Below are positions 61,250 through 64,000 of a stretch of DNA of 64,000 bases, one piece after another. The stretch spans positions 2,480,001 to 2,544,000 of the forward strand of contig OU015566.1 in assembly GCA_907165135.1 (NCBI GenBank). Reading direction: 5' to 3'. The notes below the pieces were generated by a model. It searched no databases and had not been told where the DNA came from. It was given only the letters and a program-made list of their open reading frames with translations. Numbering within the stretch: the first letter of the stretch is position 1; each line of letters begins with the position of its first letter. A program made the position numbers and the translations under genes. The DNA comes from Oikopleura dioica. Its lineage: Eukaryota > Animalia > Chordata.

Positions 61250-64000
61250 ATCTCAGTGGAATATTTTTAACTTTCATTTTTTGACTCTTCTCAGGTTTCG
61301 GCGAGCGCTCTCCATTGAGCTTCGGCGATCTTGGTAACGAGCAAGGCCTCCTACAAATATGAATAGAGATAGAAAGAAGTGAAAAGACAAACCTTGGGCG
61401 GATGTTTTGAATATTCTCTTGGAGAACCATCTGTTGCGATTTGTCCAAGGCGTTTAGATTCTTTTGCGAGCCGAGGAGCTGGCTGAACCATTCGGTCGGT
61501 TTTGACCTTCGCCGCCGGCCACGCTCGGAGAGGGATTGTTCCGATCCGCCGTAAGCTGAGAGCGCTAGAAATAAACGGTCAAAACCGATGATTTGGAAAC
61601 TCTTTTTTCTCACCGATATTATGCGTCGATTCCATCCAACTGACCGGCCTTGTCTTTCGATTGTTTCCAGCTTCTGTTTTTCTGATTTCAGAGCTAGAGC
61701 AACTTTCGATCGAGAATTCCTCTGGATCGCGGATTTTTCTCAAACATCTTCTTCTTACTGGAAGTTCCCAAGGTTCGCCAGCGCCGTATTTTGAAATGAT
61801 TTCAGACTTCATCTTTTCGAACATCTCCAAAAGGTTTTTGTGAAGAGGGAGGAGGGAAGAAGAAATGTTTTTGCCGTGAAGAACTTGAGACAAAAAATAA
61901 GCCTTTTGACGAAAAACTTGAAAAATTACCAAGCGCTTTTTCGAGAATAGGAATCTGATCCCGGATCACTTTTTTCAGCTGCTTCTGGAACTCGGAAGGA
62001 ATTTCGCTATTTTCGTTCAAAAATGCATCTTCGTAGATTTTCAACCCTCCGTTGACTCTTGCGTCGATCGTTCCTTGCAGGAGCATTCCTGGAAAATTAA
62101 TTCTAGAGCTAATCGAATTAACTGATCGAAGTTACCTAAGTGACCATTGTCGCCGTTTGAAGTGAGGATAGTTTTGACAGTTTTCTTGATTTCCTCGTTC
62201 TTCGACCTTATCGCTTCAAGAGCGACTTCGATTGGTTGCCGGGTGATGGTGGTCACGTGACCGATTTTGACATGGGTTGAGACTCCAGGGAGGGAATCGA
62301 CTGTGATGAAGGTTTTTTCCTCGACAGCGGCGTTTTCTGAAGAAATATTCAGGGTTTTTTTCTCGAAAAAAGATAATCTTACCGATTCCTGGTGATTTGG
62401 AAAATTTCTTCCTGTGTTCAAATTGCCTCAATCCGTGGGCATCACCATGAAAGGGCTTTGCCTTGACAGGAAAAATCTGCACATGCATTTCTTGACTCTT
62501 TTTGATCTCTTCGGAAATCAGGTCGGAGTTGAGGATCAATTTCGCATTCGGAAACCATTCAAGCACCGACTCTTGAAAATCCTCCAGTCTTTCTAATTCT
62601 TCCCCTCTCGCGATCATCTGGACGTTTTGAAAGTTCTTGGGAAAACCATTTCCCCAAAAACCGAGGTAAAAGAAGGAATAGGCGGTTTCTGATTGAGGCG
62701 CTCGGGCGATAAGGCCAGATCTTATTCGGAGAATATCTGCGATTTGGGCGGAATCCTCCAACTCGGAATAATATGACTCGAGAGCAGAGCAAAGCTGGAT
62801 CGCTTTGGAGAATTCTTTCGCGTCCTCCATCATTGAAATCGTCTCTGCGATGAGTAGTTCCTTCACTTCCGGTTCTGTACTCGCCTCAGGGAACATTTTC
62901 CTCGCCCAGTCTTCTGAAAATTTTTCGCCGGCGGCGCTCGTTTCTTCGAATTTCAAGGTTTCGTTTATTTTCGTCAAGCAGTTTGCCGCTTCGAGTCTCG
63001 CGTTCTGCCCGAGTTGCACATCATAAAGCTTGAATAGATAATCGCGGTAGAGGTCGACTCTCGAGCAGCGAAAGAAGAACTGCGCGAGATTGACGAGACC
63101 GGCGATTTGAGCGACTCGATTGTCACCACAGTCGCGGTAGTCGAGCAGCAGCTTCATTGCTCCAGTGAGGCGGGAGACGAATTTGTGACCTTCTGGGTGG
63201 TCGTTTATGTTCTTTTGCACCCACTCAGAAAGACTGAAATTTTTGTCAGATTTTTGAATGATATTTTTCGAAAAAAAATTCAAATTTTAATATTTTTATC
63301 AGAAAATTTCACAAATTTTAAGGGGGTAGAACTAGGTTTTTCGAAAATAGCCGATTCTAGACCGGCGCTCAAAGCCAGGAGAGCTTAGATTTTCAAATTC
63401 TCTCTTCGGCTGAAGAAAGAACTAACTTAGATCTAACAACATTTTTCTTGAAATTTTTTTTCGTCAACACATTTTGGCGTTAGAGAGCGAAACGTCAACC
63501 CATCTCTTCGAAAAAAGCAATTTTAGCGTATTTGCGTCCTCAAATTTCTCGAGTCACGTGACTAGCCAAATTTTTTAAATCTCATTTTAAGATAGTTTGA
63601 CTCTTTATCCAGCAACATTTTTGAGGAAATTGCGTAATCATAAGTAAAAGCAGGTTTTCCTTATTTAAAGCGCCTCCCGAAAATCACGGTTTTTCGAAAA
63701 ATCTAGTTCTACCCCCTTAAGGAAAATTTTAATGAAAAAAGCAGCAATTTTGACTAAAAAATTGGTCAAATTTTAAATTTAGACTAATTATTTTGTATTT
63801 TTTCTTACTTTTGCCGTTCTTTTCTCGGATCATAATTTTGTCTCTCTTTTCAAGTCAAATTTAGCTTTTGTTAAAATTAGCGCTGTTAAAAATATAGCGA
63901 GAGTGATATTGATCAAGTGGGAAAGATCCGGAGAATGGGCTCAGCCGGATCAGTAACACAAATCAATCGATTTCGCCGAATTCACGAAACAAACTCCAAA
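61250..64000 (-). CDS. DOCK: DOCK-family Rac GEF, C-terminal DHR-2 region (DOCK1-5 type; gene continues beyond the window)
   Basis: LLDYRDC, FFYLGFWGNGFP, ERLEDF, LPGVS, QPIEVALEAI, MLLQGTIDARVNGG (catalytic Val loop), LHKNLLEMF. Confidence 0.9.
63322..63716. mobile_element. TTAA-target MITE with GG...CC ends (Kolobok-like) in a DOCK intron
   Basis: 26-bp TIR with one mismatch, GGGGGTAGAACTAG[G/A]TTTTTCGAAAA, with TTAA at 63318-63321 and 63717-63720. Confidence 0.88.

Overview
Eukaryotic genomic DNA from a very compact, gene-dense animal genome. Most introns are 40-100 nt, several have GA donors, and Cys-rich secreted proteins are abundant. This points to the appendicularian tunicate Oikopleura dioica or a close relative (inferred, not searched). 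Recognisable genes, left to right: RhoGDI 3' end; RNF126/115-like RING ligase; claudin/PMP22-like protein; M13 (neprilysin/ECE) peptidase; a secreted Cys-module/Thr-rich protein whose 2.2-kb intron holds nested MITEs; a divergently transcribed ~5,146-aa cbEGF/TIL matrix protein with one 14.7-kb exon; a RIM/Piccolo-like scaffold; two S1 serine proteases (one with kringles); an equilibrative nucleoside transporter; an ankyrin protein; a divergent multi-pass membrane gene with decayed tandem copies; a 7-module LamG/ConA-like secreted protein; and a DOCK GEF 3' end. Highlights: (1) one homologous intron position in the 7-module gene is GA-AG five times, GT-AG once and absent once; (2) a homology-supported GT-CG intron; (3) nested TTAA-target and hAT MITEs; (4) novel-looking modules and a probable furin-split TIL domain in the giant protein; (5) a candidate lineage-specific 7TM receptor cluster. 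All gene models and family calls come from manual reading and remembered family motifs; no database searches were run.
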